Source of the DNA: an uncultured Acidobacteriaceae bacterium
Lineage (GTDB): Bacteria; Acidobacteriota; Terriglobia; Terriglobales; Acidobacteriaceae
Direction: 5' to 3'
DNA: 64,000 nt
Assembly (NCBI GenBank): GCA_963826875.1
Contig: CAWGYP010000023.1
Span: 458,602-522,601, forward strand
The position numbers were made by a program, and so were the translations under genes. Positions 19,184 through 28,347 of this stretch are shown here, piece after piece. Every line of letters begins with the position of its first letter. Position 1 is the stretch's first letter. The notes beneath the pieces were generated by a model that was not told the DNA's origin, did not search any database, and worked only from the letters and a program-made list of their open reading frames with translations.

Positions 19184-20350
19184 ATGCAAAACTCACTCGC
19201 CAGGAAGACCGCAGCTTTCCTCGCCCTGTTTCTCCCCATAGGATCGCAATTGGCACGAGCCCAGGGGCCGTTGAAGATTCCCATGAGCGCCGACCGTTGG
19301 ACCACGACGGCCGGTACGGTGAACTTTGTCGACTACATGGGAAAGCCCTCGATTGAGTTGAAGGCCGGCAACTATAAAGAGCACATTCCGTCGGGTGCGG
19401 CCTCACTGAAGGACCTGACGTTCCGCGACGGAACCATCGAATACGACGTGGCCGCAACCAGCGACATGGGCGCCGGCTTTATCTTCCGCAGCGCCGACAA
19501 AGACAACTTTGAGATGTTCTATCTGCGGCCCAGGCCGAAATGCGACGCCGCTCCGGACTGCGTGCAATATGCACCACAGACCCACGGTGTTCTATTGTGG
19601 GACGTGTTCCCGCAGTACCAGGGCCCAGCTCCCCTGCACCAGGGCGACTGGAACCATGTGAAACTCGTCGTCTCCGGGCGGCGTATGAACATCTTCATCA
19701 ACGGCGCAACCGAGCCCACCCTGAAAATTGGCCGCTTGGAAGGCGACACCGAAGAAGGCAGCCTGAGGTTGGAGGGTCCGGGGATCTTTGCCAACCTCAC
19801 GGTGGATCCGGCCTCGGTGGAAGGCTTGCCCACCACACCAGAAAAAGATCCGACCGCATCCGATGGCCGCTATGTGCGGCACTGGCAGCTTTCTCCCTAC
19901 ACAACGCTGGCAGCGGATCAGGCGCCTGCACTCGCCGATCTGCCCCCGTCCTCGGCCACATGGACGCCACTGGAAGCGGAGCGCGGCGGCTTGGTGAACG
20001 TGAGCCGCGTGTACGGGGTGCCTGTGAAGCAGCCCGAGCGGGCCGTGGTGTGGCTGAAAACAACCATTCACTCTAGCAGCGAGCAGCAAAAGCACGTATC
20101 GCTGGGGTGGGCGCGTGAGATATTCGTTTTCGTGAATGGTAAGTTGGTCCTTGCAGACAAGAACCTCTTTCAGCCGCCAGAGGCGCGCAAATCGCCGGAC
20201 GGGCGCCTTTCGCTCCAGAACGGCTCGTTCACACTGCCGCTCAAAGCTGGTAATAATGAGCTGGCCGTAGCAGTGGTAAACAACTTCTATGGCTGGGGGC
20301 TGGAAATGCGGCTCGACGATCTGAAGGGTGTGCGCCTGGCCGCACCATAG
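19184..20350 (+). CDS. Secreted protein with DUF1080/LamG-like jelly-roll N-terminal domain (tentative)
   Basis: Signal FLALFLPIGSQLARAQ. FRDGTIEYDV...GAGFIFRS.DKDNFEMFYLRP...GDWNHVKLVVSGRRMNIFING resembles the DUF1080 pattern. Confidence 0.6.
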   Translation: MQNSLARKTAAFLALFLPIGSQLARAQGPLKIPMSADRWTTTAGTVNFVDYMGKPSIELKAGNYKEHIPSGAASLKDLTFRDGTIEYDVAATSDMGAGFIFRSADKDNFEMFYLRPRPKCDAAPDCVQYAPQTHGVLLWDVFPQYQGPAPLHQGDWNHVKLVVSGRRMNIFINGATEPTLKIGRLEGDTEEGSLRLEGPGIFANLTVDPASVEGLPTTPEKDPTASDGRYVRHWQLSPYTTLAADQAPALADLPPSSATWTPLEAERGGLVNVSRVYGVPVKQPERAVVWLKTTIHSSSEQQKHVSLGWAREIFVFVNGKLVLADKNLFQPPEARKSPDGRLSLQNGSFTLPLKAGNNELAVAVVNNFYGWGLEMRLDDLKGVRLAAP

Positions 20351-20371
20351 AAGCGCCGCAGTTGGAGGCCT

Positions 20372-21508
20372 TTGACCACCGATAAAGAGCATCGTGGGAC
20401 GTTTGGCGGGTGGCTGATGAACCGTTGGTGGGGGCGCTGGTTGCTTGCCGCCCTGCTGTGGAGCATTCTTGGCCTGCTATTTTCCATGCCCGGTCTTTCT
20501 GCGCATAACTGGCAGCGCCCGCTGCTCGGCTCGCTGGCGCAGTGGTGGAGCTGGGGGCTGGTCACTCCCCTCATCTTCTGGGTGGATGCGCGCCTGCCTT
20601 TAAAGGAAAAGCAGCTCGGTATGCGCATTCTGGCCCAGCTGCTGCCAAGCCTGGCTTTCACCACTCTCTACATCTATGTCTTTGCCGCGGTGCGCGCCGT
20701 GGTGGGGCTGGGCCGATGGAGAGCAGTCGCAGACCCGCACATGCTCGCCAGCGCCTTCCACGGAGGACTGCTCTGGGGCTGGCTGGTTTACTGGCTTATT
20801 CTCGGAGCACACCAGACTTATCGGTATTACCACCACTACCTGGCCAGCGAATTGCGCCTGGAGCGGATGGAGCGCAGCTTCTCCCAGGCGCGCCTGAACG
20901 CATTGCGCATGCAGCTCGATCCGCACTTCCTCTTCAATGCGCTCAATACTGTCTCTTCGCAGGTGGAGCGCGACCCCAGGCTGGCGCGTAGCATGATCGA
21001 ACACCTGGGCGATCTGCTCCGCCTTTCGCTCGAAGCTCGCGACCGGCAGGAGGTCCCTCTGGCCGAAGAGATGGCCTTTCTTGACCACTACGTCGCCATC
21101 CAGAGGATTCGTTTTGGATCCACCTTGCGCATCGAAACTCACATCGCACCCGAGGTGAAATATGCCCTGGTGCCGTGCCTGATCGTGCAGCCACTGGTGG
21201 AGAATGCGATTCGTCACGGGATCTCGCGCCGTGCCTCCGGCGGAGCGGTAACGGTCACCGCGGTGCGCTGCGCGGAGCAGGTAGAGATCCGGGTCGTTGA
21301 CGACGGCGTGGGGCTGCCGCCGGGGTGGACGCTGGAAAACTCTACCGGCCTGGGATTGTCGGTGACGCGGCAACGCATTGCCGGTCTTCATCCCAACGGA
21401 AGCAGCCGCTTCGCGGTCGGACGGCGCAGCGGTGGCGGGACGGAAGTGGAGATCTCATTGCCGCTGCGATTGACAGGAGAGCAAGCTAATGATTGCCCCG
21501 CACGCTGA
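20372..21508 (+). CDS. LytS/YehU-type sensor histidine kinase
   Basis: N-terminal TM helices. LRMQLDPHFLFNALNTVSS (His_kinase). ENAIRHG...GLGLS (HATPase_c). Confidence 0.85.
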   Translation: MTTDKEHRGTFGGWLMNRWWGRWLLAALLWSILGLLFSMPGLSAHNWQRPLLGSLAQWWSWGLVTPLIFWVDARLPLKEKQLGMRILAQLLPSLAFTTLYIYVFAAVRAVVGLGRWRAVADPHMLASAFHGGLLWGWLVYWLILGAHQTYRYYHHYLASELRLERMERSFSQARLNALRMQLDPHFLFNALNTVSSQVERDPRLARSMIEHLGDLLRLSLEARDRQEVPLAEEMAFLDHYVAIQRIRFGSTLRIETHIAPEVKYALVPCLIVQPLVENAIRHGISRRASGGAVTVTAVRCAEQVEIRVVDDGVGLPPGWTLENSTGLGLSVTRQRIAGLHPNGSSRFAVGRRSGGGTEVEISLPLRLTGEQANDCPAR

Positions 21509-22274
21509 AGGCATCCGTGTCCTGGTGGCCGACGACGAAGCACCGGCGCGCCAGCGCCTTATCGATCTGCTGCACAAGGATGCGCAGGTCAAGGGCGTGC
21601 TGGAAGCCGGCGATGGACAATCCGCCGTCGAAATGATTGCACGCGAGGCGCCTGATCTCGTTTTCCTCGATGTCCAGATGCCGCAACTCGATGGCCTGGA
21701 AGTGATGAAGGCCATCGGCGCAGACGCTATGCCGCTCACCATTTTTGTGACCGCATACGACCAGCACGCGATCAAAGCCTTCGAGGCCAATGCGCTCGAC
21801 TATCTGCTCAAGCCCTTCAGCGACGAACGGCTCGAAGCAGCGCTCTGCCGCGCCAAGGCTCGCCACGACGAGCGCAGCATGCGCGAATTCGGCCGCAATG
21901 TCCTGCGCATGATCTCCGCCGGGCCCGCAGCGGGCCGCTACCTCGATCGGCTGGTGGTAAAGTCGGCAGGAACAACGCGCTTCCTTCGCGTGGCAGACAT
22001 TGACTGGATCGAGGGCGCGGGCGTCTATGTGAACCTGCACGTCGGCGGCAAAGAGTTGCTCTATCGTGCCGCTCTGAATGAGCTCGCCGATTGTCTGGAT
22101 CCCGTGCGCTTCGTCCGCGTCCACCGATCGGCAATCGTCAATATTGAAAGCATTCTTGAACTCCAGCCCATTTCGCACGGCGAGTTCGAAATGGTGCTGA
22201 AGGATGGCCACCGCTCGCGGGTCAGCAGAACCTATCGCGCACTGTTGGAAAAGCGGCTGGGCCAGTCTTTGTGA
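21489..22274 (+). CDS. LytR/AlgR-family response regulator (receiver + LytTR)
   Basis: RVLVADDE...DLVFLDVQMP...VTAYD, then a LytTR region (FLRVADIDWIEGAGVYVNLH...FVRVHRSAIVNI). Overlaps the kinase gene by 20 nt. Confidence 0.9.
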   Translation: MIAPHAEGIRVLVADDEAPARQRLIDLLHKDAQVKGVLEAGDGQSAVEMIAREAPDLVFLDVQMPQLDGLEVMKAIGADAMPLTIFVTAYDQHAIKAFEANALDYLLKPFSDERLEAALCRAKARHDERSMREFGRNVLRMISAGPAAGRYLDRLVVKSAGTTRFLRVADIDWIEGAGVYVNLHVGGKELLYRAALNELADCLDPVRFVRVHRSAIVNIESILELQPISHGEFEMVLKDGHRSRVSRTYRALLEKRLGQSL

Positions 22275-22796
22275 CTAGCGGTTTATTTGCCGGGATGGAG
22301 CAGATTGCACATCGTGCTTCAATCCCATCGTATTTCCGGTAAGCATTTTGGTCATGAAGATGATCTGTCCTGTGTGCATCGCGAAATGCTCCACGACATG
22401 ATAGATTGCGTCCAGCACCGACACTTCGTAACCTTGAATCACGAGCCGCTCAGATAGCCGCTGCACACTCACGCCATCAATCACAGCCGTCGCCTGGTTC
22501 ACGAGTGTCACCAGACGCCCTGTCAAGTCTCTACTCGTAAGCCCGCCTCGCTCGGAAAATTCTTCATCGCGCCGCCGCGTGTCTGCCTCCCCACCTACGC
22601 CGGCAACGATCCATTGGCGCATGTTCCCGTAGAGGTGCAGCAACAGGTTGCCGACGGAGTTTTCATTTTCACCCCCTCGCGTCCAAACCTGCTCGTCATT
22701 CAATTGAACAAGGCACTTCTCGATGTGGGACGAGAACTGCTGCAGCCGGCTAGAGGAATAACCAATGAATAGCTGATGAATCGCTTCTTCTGTCAT
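22275..22796 (-). CDS. DinB-superfamily (DUF1572-like) protein
   Basis: NSVGNLLLHLYGNMRQW... and HVVEHFAMHTGQIIFMTK resemble the four-helix DinB histidine pattern. ATG 22796. Confidence 0.7.
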   Translation of the reverse strand: MTEEAIHQLFIGYSSSRLQQFSSHIEKCLVQLNDEQVWTRGGENENSVGNLLLHLYGNMRQWIVAGVGGEADTRRRDEEFSERGGLTSRDLTGRLVTLVNQATAVIDGVSVQRLSERLVIQGYEVSVLDAIYHVVEHFAMHTGQIIFMTKMLTGNTMGLKHDVQSAPSRQINR

Positions 22797-22876
22797 CCTA
22801 GGACCGAGTATACAAACAGCCACGTCCACCTGAACGGGGGAGTATGATACCTCGACGGAGAAAGGAAGGAAGGCTT

Positions 22877-23962
22877 ATGCGCCTCGGGCGGGAGGAAATA
22901 TTGGTTTCCATTGCAACCCTTGCCGGCTTGATTTGTGCTGCGGTCCCGGTCGTCGCCCAATCGACGCCGCAACGGACGCTGCTGGCGCTTTCGAAGCGGG
23001 AGCATACGCTGGCGATTGTGGATCCGGCTACTTTGCAGGTGATAGCGCGCGCGCCCGTTGGTCCGGACCCGCATGAGGTGATTGCATCATCAGACGGTAA
23101 AACTGCCTATGTATCGATCTATGGTGGCGGACGCTACCACGCGCTTTCCGTAATAGACCTGGTTGAGAAGAAGGCTCTTCCAGATATCGACACGGGGGCT
23201 CTGAATGGCCCGCACGGTCTCACGTTTGTTGGAGGAAAGCTTTGGTTCACGGCCGAAGGTGCGAAGGCGATCGCGAGCTACGATCCTGCAACGGCAAAAA
23301 TCGATTGGATCATGGGTACCGGCCAGAACCGTACCCACATGATCTACGTCACTCCAGACGAGAAACAGATCTACACCACCAACGTTAGCTCCGCGAGCGT
23401 CAGCATCCTGGAACAGGTGGCTTTGCCGCCGATGGGTCCTCCTCCGGGAATGCGGCCGCCGCCCGGATCGCAGCCTCCTCCGCCCCCGCCAGGCGGAGGG
23501 CAACCACGTATGGACTGGAATCAGACCGTCATTCCTGTGGGTAAAGGCGACGAGGGATTCGACGTGTCACCCGATGGACGTGAACTGTGGACGGCAAATG
23601 CACAAGACGGCACGCTATCGGTGATCGATCTTGCAAGCCGGAAAGTGACGGCTACTCTGGACGCGAAGACGTTCGGCGCCAACCGGCTGAAATTCACTCC
23701 GGATGGAAAGCTGGTACTGATCTCGCGCCTGAGTGACGGCGATCTCGCCATTTATGAAGCGGCCTCGCGCAAACAGTTCAAAACTGTTCACATCGGCCAC
23801 GGAGCGGCGGGCATTCTGATGGACCCGGATGGGCAACGGGCCTTCATCGCCTGTAGCCCTGACAACTATGTAGTAGTGCTGGACCTCAAGACTTTAGAGG
23901 TCACGAGCCACATCGACGTTGGCGGCGAGCCAGACGGCCTAGCCTGGGCAAGCCGGCCGTAG
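22877..23962 (+). CDS. YncE/YVTN-like beta-propeller repeat protein, secreted
   Basis: Signal SIATLAGLICAAVPVVAQ. Repeated blades: GPDPHEVIASSDGKTAYVS, VSPDGRELWTAN, FTPDGKLVLIS, MDPDGQRAFIAC. Carries an internal Pro/Gly-rich insertion. Confidence 0.75.
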   Translation: MRLGREEILVSIATLAGLICAAVPVVAQSTPQRTLLALSKREHTLAIVDPATLQVIARAPVGPDPHEVIASSDGKTAYVSIYGGGRYHALSVIDLVEKKALPDIDTGALNGPHGLTFVGGKLWFTAEGAKAIASYDPATAKIDWIMGTGQNRTHMIYVTPDEKQIYTTNVSSASVSILEQVALPPMGPPPGMRPPPGSQPPPPPPGGGQPRMDWNQTVIPVGKGDEGFDVSPDGRELWTANAQDGTLSVIDLASRKVTATLDAKTFGANRLKFTPDGKLVLISRLSDGDLAIYEAASRKQFKTVHIGHGAAGILMDPDGQRAFIACSPDNYVVVLDLKTLEVTSHIDVGGEPDGLAWASRP

Positions 23963-24290
23963 GTCACCGCGGTTCATTACTGGACAATTTGCAGGCTAGG
24001 GGTGGACTGCGCCGCCCCCTTTGTCGTCTCGCCCCACAAGACACAGCATGCAGCGGGTGATCCACTTTGATCCAATCCTCTTCGTCCTAAGCACTTAGAT
24101 GACCCCCATGGTGCGGAGCTGTCCGCAAAGGTGGAATGTGCGCCGCTCATCGGCCTATTTAGATTGATTCCTAAAGCCGGCGATCAGCCTGAACGCTACC
24201 GTGCGTTCTGCTCGCCTAGTGGCATTACTAAAGCTCCGGTTTCATACGTTACCGAGAGTTCGTGGCGGTCGTTCCTGTCGTTCTGGCCTT

Positions 24291-25544
24291 ATGATTCGGA
24301 GCCTTGCTGTGAATTTCGCGCGCACGCTGAAACGCTTCTGTCTCTTCTTGTCATTGGTTTCGGTTGCATGCGTTCTTAGCTCGTGTGGCACCACTTCTGT
24401 TTACAAAGACCCCGGAGTTATTCCGCAATCACTCTTTGGTATGACAGTTCTCGACTTTGAGAACGTCAGTGCTCCACTTCAATACGGAACCACCAGGACC
24501 TGGGATTCTTTTCCCATGCTTGATTGGGCGGACATCAACTCCGCACCGGGAGTCTACGACTTTCAACACCTGGACACCTTCCTCAAAACGAACCAGGAAC
24601 GAAACGCCCAAGTGATTTATACCTTTGGAAGAACTCCTCTTTGGGCTTCCTCTCAACCAGAGACGCAGACTCCCTACGGACCCGGTCAGTGCGCCCCTCC
24701 AAGTGACCTAAAGAATTGGGACAACTTCGTGACAGCAATTGCTGTCCATGCCGGCACGCGCATCGCCTACTGGGAACTGTGGAACGAGCCGCAGGATCCG
24801 GAATACTACTGCGGTGACATGCAAACCCTGGTTACGATGGCACAGCATGCGTACCGGATCATTAAGTCCGTCAACCCAGCCGCACAAGTAATTACACCCA
24901 GCGCTGCTGCGGCAGGCGGGCCGGCGTGGCTCGACACCTATCTGTCCCAGGGTGGAGGGAACTATGCCGACATCATGTCCTTTCACGGTTATTGCAATAG
25001 TGAAGCGGAATCGATTAACGCCGTAGTGTCTCAGTATCGGAAGGTTATCTCGGCTCATGATCAGGGCAATAAGCCATTGTGGGACACTGAAGCCGACTGG
25101 GCAGGCGATCCGGATGATGTACTTTATGGAAACGCCAACCGGGCGGCTTTCATAGCCAAGTACTATCTGCTGCAGTGGTCGGGCGGGGTAAGCCGCTTCG
25201 TTTGGTACGCGTACGACGGTGGCGCCTGGGGTGGTTTTTCGACCGCAACAACCGGCGTGGATCCCGACGTGACAGCGTATAACACGGTTCAACAGTGGAT
25301 GGAAGGGGCATCGATGCCCTCAGCGTGCGTCCACGATCCCAGCAATACCTGGACCTGTCCTCTCACTCGGGCTGGTGGGTACCAGGCACTAGTGCTCTGG
25401 AACCCAAGCGCAACACTGAACTATAAGGCACCCGAGCAATACAGCGACGTTCGCGATCTCGCAGGCAATGTGAGTTCCTTGTCTGGCGGCCACGTGCCGG
25501 TTGGGAACAGCCCGGTCCTGATCGAGACAGGCAAGGCTTTCTAG
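24291..25544 (+). CDS. Glycoside hydrolase, clan GH-A (GH39/GH5-like), lipoprotein
   Basis: Lipobox LVSVACVLSSCG. YWELWNEPQ contains the clan-A acid/base NEP motif. LWDTE could carry the nucleophile Glu. Confidence 0.65.
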   Translation: MIRSLAVNFARTLKRFCLFLSLVSVACVLSSCGTTSVYKDPGVIPQSLFGMTVLDFENVSAPLQYGTTRTWDSFPMLDWADINSAPGVYDFQHLDTFLKTNQERNAQVIYTFGRTPLWASSQPETQTPYGPGQCAPPSDLKNWDNFVTAIAVHAGTRIAYWELWNEPQDPEYYCGDMQTLVTMAQHAYRIIKSVNPAAQVITPSAAAAGGPAWLDTYLSQGGGNYADIMSFHGYCNSEAESINAVVSQYRKVISAHDQGNKPLWDTEADWAGDPDDVLYGNANRAAFIAKYYLLQWSGGVSRFVWYAYDGGAWGGFSTATTGVDPDVTAYNTVQQWMEGASMPSACVHDPSNTWTCPLTRAGGYQALVLWNPSATLNYKAPEQYSDVRDLAGNVSSLSGGHVPVGNSPVLIETGKAF

Positions 25545-25559
25545 CCCACAAATTACCGC

Positions 25560-26792
25560 CTAAATGAATGGACCAAGATGCAGCGGGTCTACGGCTTGAC
25601 CTGCTTTGCGGCCGATTTGGAGGAGCTTATCCATGTTTTCGACGCCATCCATCTTCTGGATACTGGCGGGAATTACATCGTTGAAGCCCGCGGTCTTGAG
25701 ACCCTGCGCGCTCAGATCGGCATTGTAACGCGCATAAAGGAAATGCCGGCCTAGATCGCTGGTAAGCGGAATTTGAGGAGAGGTAATATCGGAATCGACC
25801 TCCCGGGGGACCATGTCATGCATCTCGCGATCCAGCCGCGAGCCATAGGTGCAGCGCCCAATCGTTCTGCAGTTGATGTCTTGTTCAACCTGTATGGCAT
25901 ACATGAGGGCTCCGGAAAGTCCGGTGATGGTGGAAACAATATTCTTATTGGGCGAGCTGGCAGTCGCTCCCATCGACTCCGCTGCGCCGGTTCCCACTGA
26001 GACCAGCAGCAGGTTCTTCTCTCCAGTTTTCCAATTGAGCCGGTAAGCGGGATTGGTCGCCATACGATAGAGGAGGAATGCTGGATTGTTATGGGGGGTA
26101 ACGCCGCCATCGACAAAAACAAATGTCTTGCTCTTGTCATGCGGATCCCATTGGAGAATCTCCGGGGGAAAATAGACCGGCGCGGCGGTGCTGGCGCGCA
26201 CCAGCTGCCACAGCGGTATTTGCAGATTACAGTCCTGGCGGGTGGGATCGTTGTACCTGGCATCCGGGTTATTGCTGATCGGCCAGGGCGAATCGGTGGT
26301 GGCGTTTTTTGTCACCAGCAGCAGAAGGCAGCGCAGAGTGTGCGAAGCCAGAGTGGTATCGGCGCCTAAGAAGACCTGGAGCTTCTGCTTGAGAGGATCG
26401 GCAGTATAAAAATTCTTCAAGCGCTGCACCAGAACCGCGGGCTCGAACATTTGTTTGCCGCAGGATCTATAGAATTCAATAATCTCCCCAACTTTCATTC
26501 CCCGTGCAAGCCCCGCGGCAATGATCGAGCCGGTGCTGGTTCCTGCGATGTAATCAAAGTAATCGCACAGTCTCAGGCGGGTGCGCTCGAAAACCAGGGC
26601 TTCCAGAGACTCAAGGATGCCGAGGGCGACCAGGCCGCGAATGCCGCCGCCATCGAGGGCGAGCATACGACGCGGCCGGTCTTCTCTGAAGCGTTCCGGT
26701 AGTAACTGCCACCTCTCAGGGTGAATCAACATTCCAGATCCCTCGGCAATAGCGCAAGATTTTCCTGAACCGGGCCCCTCATGACCCGGCAT
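25560..26792 (-). CDS. Patatin-like phospholipase
   Basis: Oxyanion LALDGGGIRG, nucleophile elbow IAGTSTGS, dyad Asp FVDGGV. ATG 26792 abuts the upstream stop (TGAATG). An alternative start is ATG 26732 (MLIHPERW). Confidence 0.85.
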   Translation of the reverse strand: MPGHEGPGSGKSCAIAEGSGMLIHPERWQLLPERFREDRPRRMLALDGGGIRGLVALGILESLEALVFERTRLRLCDYFDYIAGTSTGSIIAAGLARGMKVGEIIEFYRSCGKQMFEPAVLVQRLKNFYTADPLKQKLQVFLGADTTLASHTLRCLLLLVTKNATTDSPWPISNNPDARYNDPTRQDCNLQIPLWQLVRASTAAPVYFPPEILQWDPHDKSKTFVFVDGGVTPHNNPAFLLYRMATNPAYRLNWKTGEKNLLLVSVGTGAAESMGATASSPNKNIVSTITGLSGALMYAIQVEQDINCRTIGRCTYGSRLDREMHDMVPREVDSDITSPQIPLTSDLGRHFLYARYNADLSAQGLKTAGFNDVIPASIQKMDGVENMDKLLQIGRKAGQAVDPLHLGPFI

Positions 26793-27434
26793 TCAGAGTG
26801 TGGAAACTGGGATCACTTCCAGGTTTCTGTCGACTGCAAGTTTACGGAATTGCTCGGTCAGGTCGGTTGGACCCCGGCTGAGTCCATTCCAAACCACCAT
26901 AGCCAGGGTGCGGCAGCCGGCGACTGATGCCAATCCCTCAGCCTGATCGAGGATTTCGGAGTTTGCCGCGGCATAGGCCTGGTCGCTGCTTTGCTGAAGG
27001 TTCAGTTCCACGATGTGTTCGCCGGGCAGTTGGTGCAGAATGGCGTCGAAGCGAAGGCCCCAGTCTTCACCGCGATCGGTGACCGAGGTGGCACGGAATT
27101 TCTGTCTGCCAAACGGGAGCACTAGGCGGCGGCCGAGACCGAGTTGCGCCGCCGCTTCAAGGGCAAGAATATCCGCGCCGCAGGCTCCCGAACACACCAC
27201 CACTTTGGTAGTAGTCGAGAGCATCATGTTGCGAATGCGGCGGGCCACTAAGGCCTCGTTCCCGGCAGGGAATCTGGGCTGGTCCGCGCCGTCGGGATCG
27301 ATTCGTCTGCCGGATACGGCGAGAACGGTTCCTGTCGGGCCGGACTTGATACCGGACGTTGGAAATGCGCCTGACTCCGCAGGGGCAAGTTTGTTCCCGA
27401 AGGGCATCGCCACAAAGCACACTGGAGTCAGCAT
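26793..27434 (-). CDS. Rossmann-like protein with SLOG/DprA/LOG-like glycine loop (putative nucleotide-ligand sensor)
   Basis: 213 aa from ATG 27434 (GAGGGG 10 nt upstream). TVLAVSG, KVVVCSGACGADILALEAAAQLG and TLAMVVWNG resemble the strand/G-loop pattern of SLOG-superfamily proteins. The assignment is inferred, not searched. Confidence 0.45.
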   Translation of the reverse strand: MLTPVCFVAMPFGNKLAPAESGAFPTSGIKSGPTGTVLAVSGRRIDPDGADQPRFPAGNEALVARRIRNMMLSTTTKVVVCSGACGADILALEAAAQLGLGRRLVLPFGRQKFRATSVTDRGEDWGLRFDAILHQLPGEHIVELNLQQSSDQAYAAANSEILDQAEGLASVAGCRTLAMVVWNGLSRGPTDLTEQFRKLAVDRNLEVIPVSTL

Positions 27435-27457
27435 AGATCGGCATCCCCTCTTAAGCT

Positions 27458-28333
27458 TTGGCGTCCGTGAAGCCGGCGGTGGAAACAATTCAAGTATCTT
27501 ACGCGGTCCAGCGTAGTGAGCGTAGACTCGTCCCAAGATCCCCCGAAAGCGCCAGTTGCCGCCAAAAACAGAGGCGAGTTTCCCTAAAAGGAGATCCTTT
27601 CCTGCACGCAATTTTCATCAGTTACCGCCGCGATGATTCAGAGGGCGAGGCGGGCCGCCTGGCCGATGACCTGGCACACAGGTTCCGGGAAGATTCTGTG
27701 TTTATGGATGTGACTGCAATCCAGCCAGGTCGTGATTTTCGCAAGGCAATTGACGAGAGTATCCACAAATGCAGTGTGCTGCTAGCGATCCTTGGGCAGG
27801 GATGGCTGGAGTCCAGGGACGGATTCGGACACAGACGTCTTGAGGATGAGAATGACTTCGTGCGGCTGGAGATCGCGTCGGCACTACAACGGGATATTGC
27901 TGTCGTTCCGGTGTTGGTTCGGGGAGCCCGCATGCCCAGGGCAGAGCAACTGCCGGACGACTTGAAGGAGCTGGCTTTTAGAAATGCGGTGGAGTTAACC
28001 CATGCCCGCTGGAAGTCTGACGTCCAGTTCCTGGTCCAGGCGATCAAGCCTTACCTGGAACTGTGCGAGGATACTACCAGTCCTCTGCCCGTTATCGACG
28101 CCAAGACGGCTGTGACCGCAACCATTATTGAAAGATCGGTGCTCGACCGGGTCAGCCGCGAGCTTGCAATCCATATCGGTCCGGTCGCCGAAGTGGTCGT
28201 CAGGCGGGCGGCGAAGCGCTGCTCGACGGTCACAGATCTTTGTGGAATGGTTGCGCAGGAGATTGAGGGGGCTCCGGCTCAGGCCAGGTTTCTGGCTTCC
28301 TGCATTCGCTCGCTAACCCCGCCGCGAGGTTGA
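27458..28333 (+). CDS. TIR-domain protein (TIR_2 type) with C-terminal helical module
   Basis: IFISYRRDDSEGEAGRLADDL...SVFMDV..I.PG.DF...I...I..CSVLLAILG.GW...DFVRLEIASAL. Start is uncertain: TTG 27458, or CTG 27602, which lies 8 nt after AAAGGAG. The TIR domain begins near 27608. Confidence 0.8.
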   Translation: MASVKPAVETIQVSYAVQRSERRLVPRSPESASCRQKQRRVSLKGDPFLHAIFISYRRDDSEGEAGRLADDLAHRFREDSVFMDVTAIQPGRDFRKAIDESIHKCSVLLAILGQGWLESRDGFGHRRLEDENDFVRLEIASALQRDIAVVPVLVRGARMPRAEQLPDDLKELAFRNAVELTHARWKSDVQFLVQAIKPYLELCEDTTSPLPVIDAKTAVTATIIERSVLDRVSRELAIHIGPVAEVVVRRAAKRCSTVTDLCGMVAQEIEGAPAQARFLASCIRSLTPPRG

Positions 28334-28347
28334 AGCGGGAACGAATT

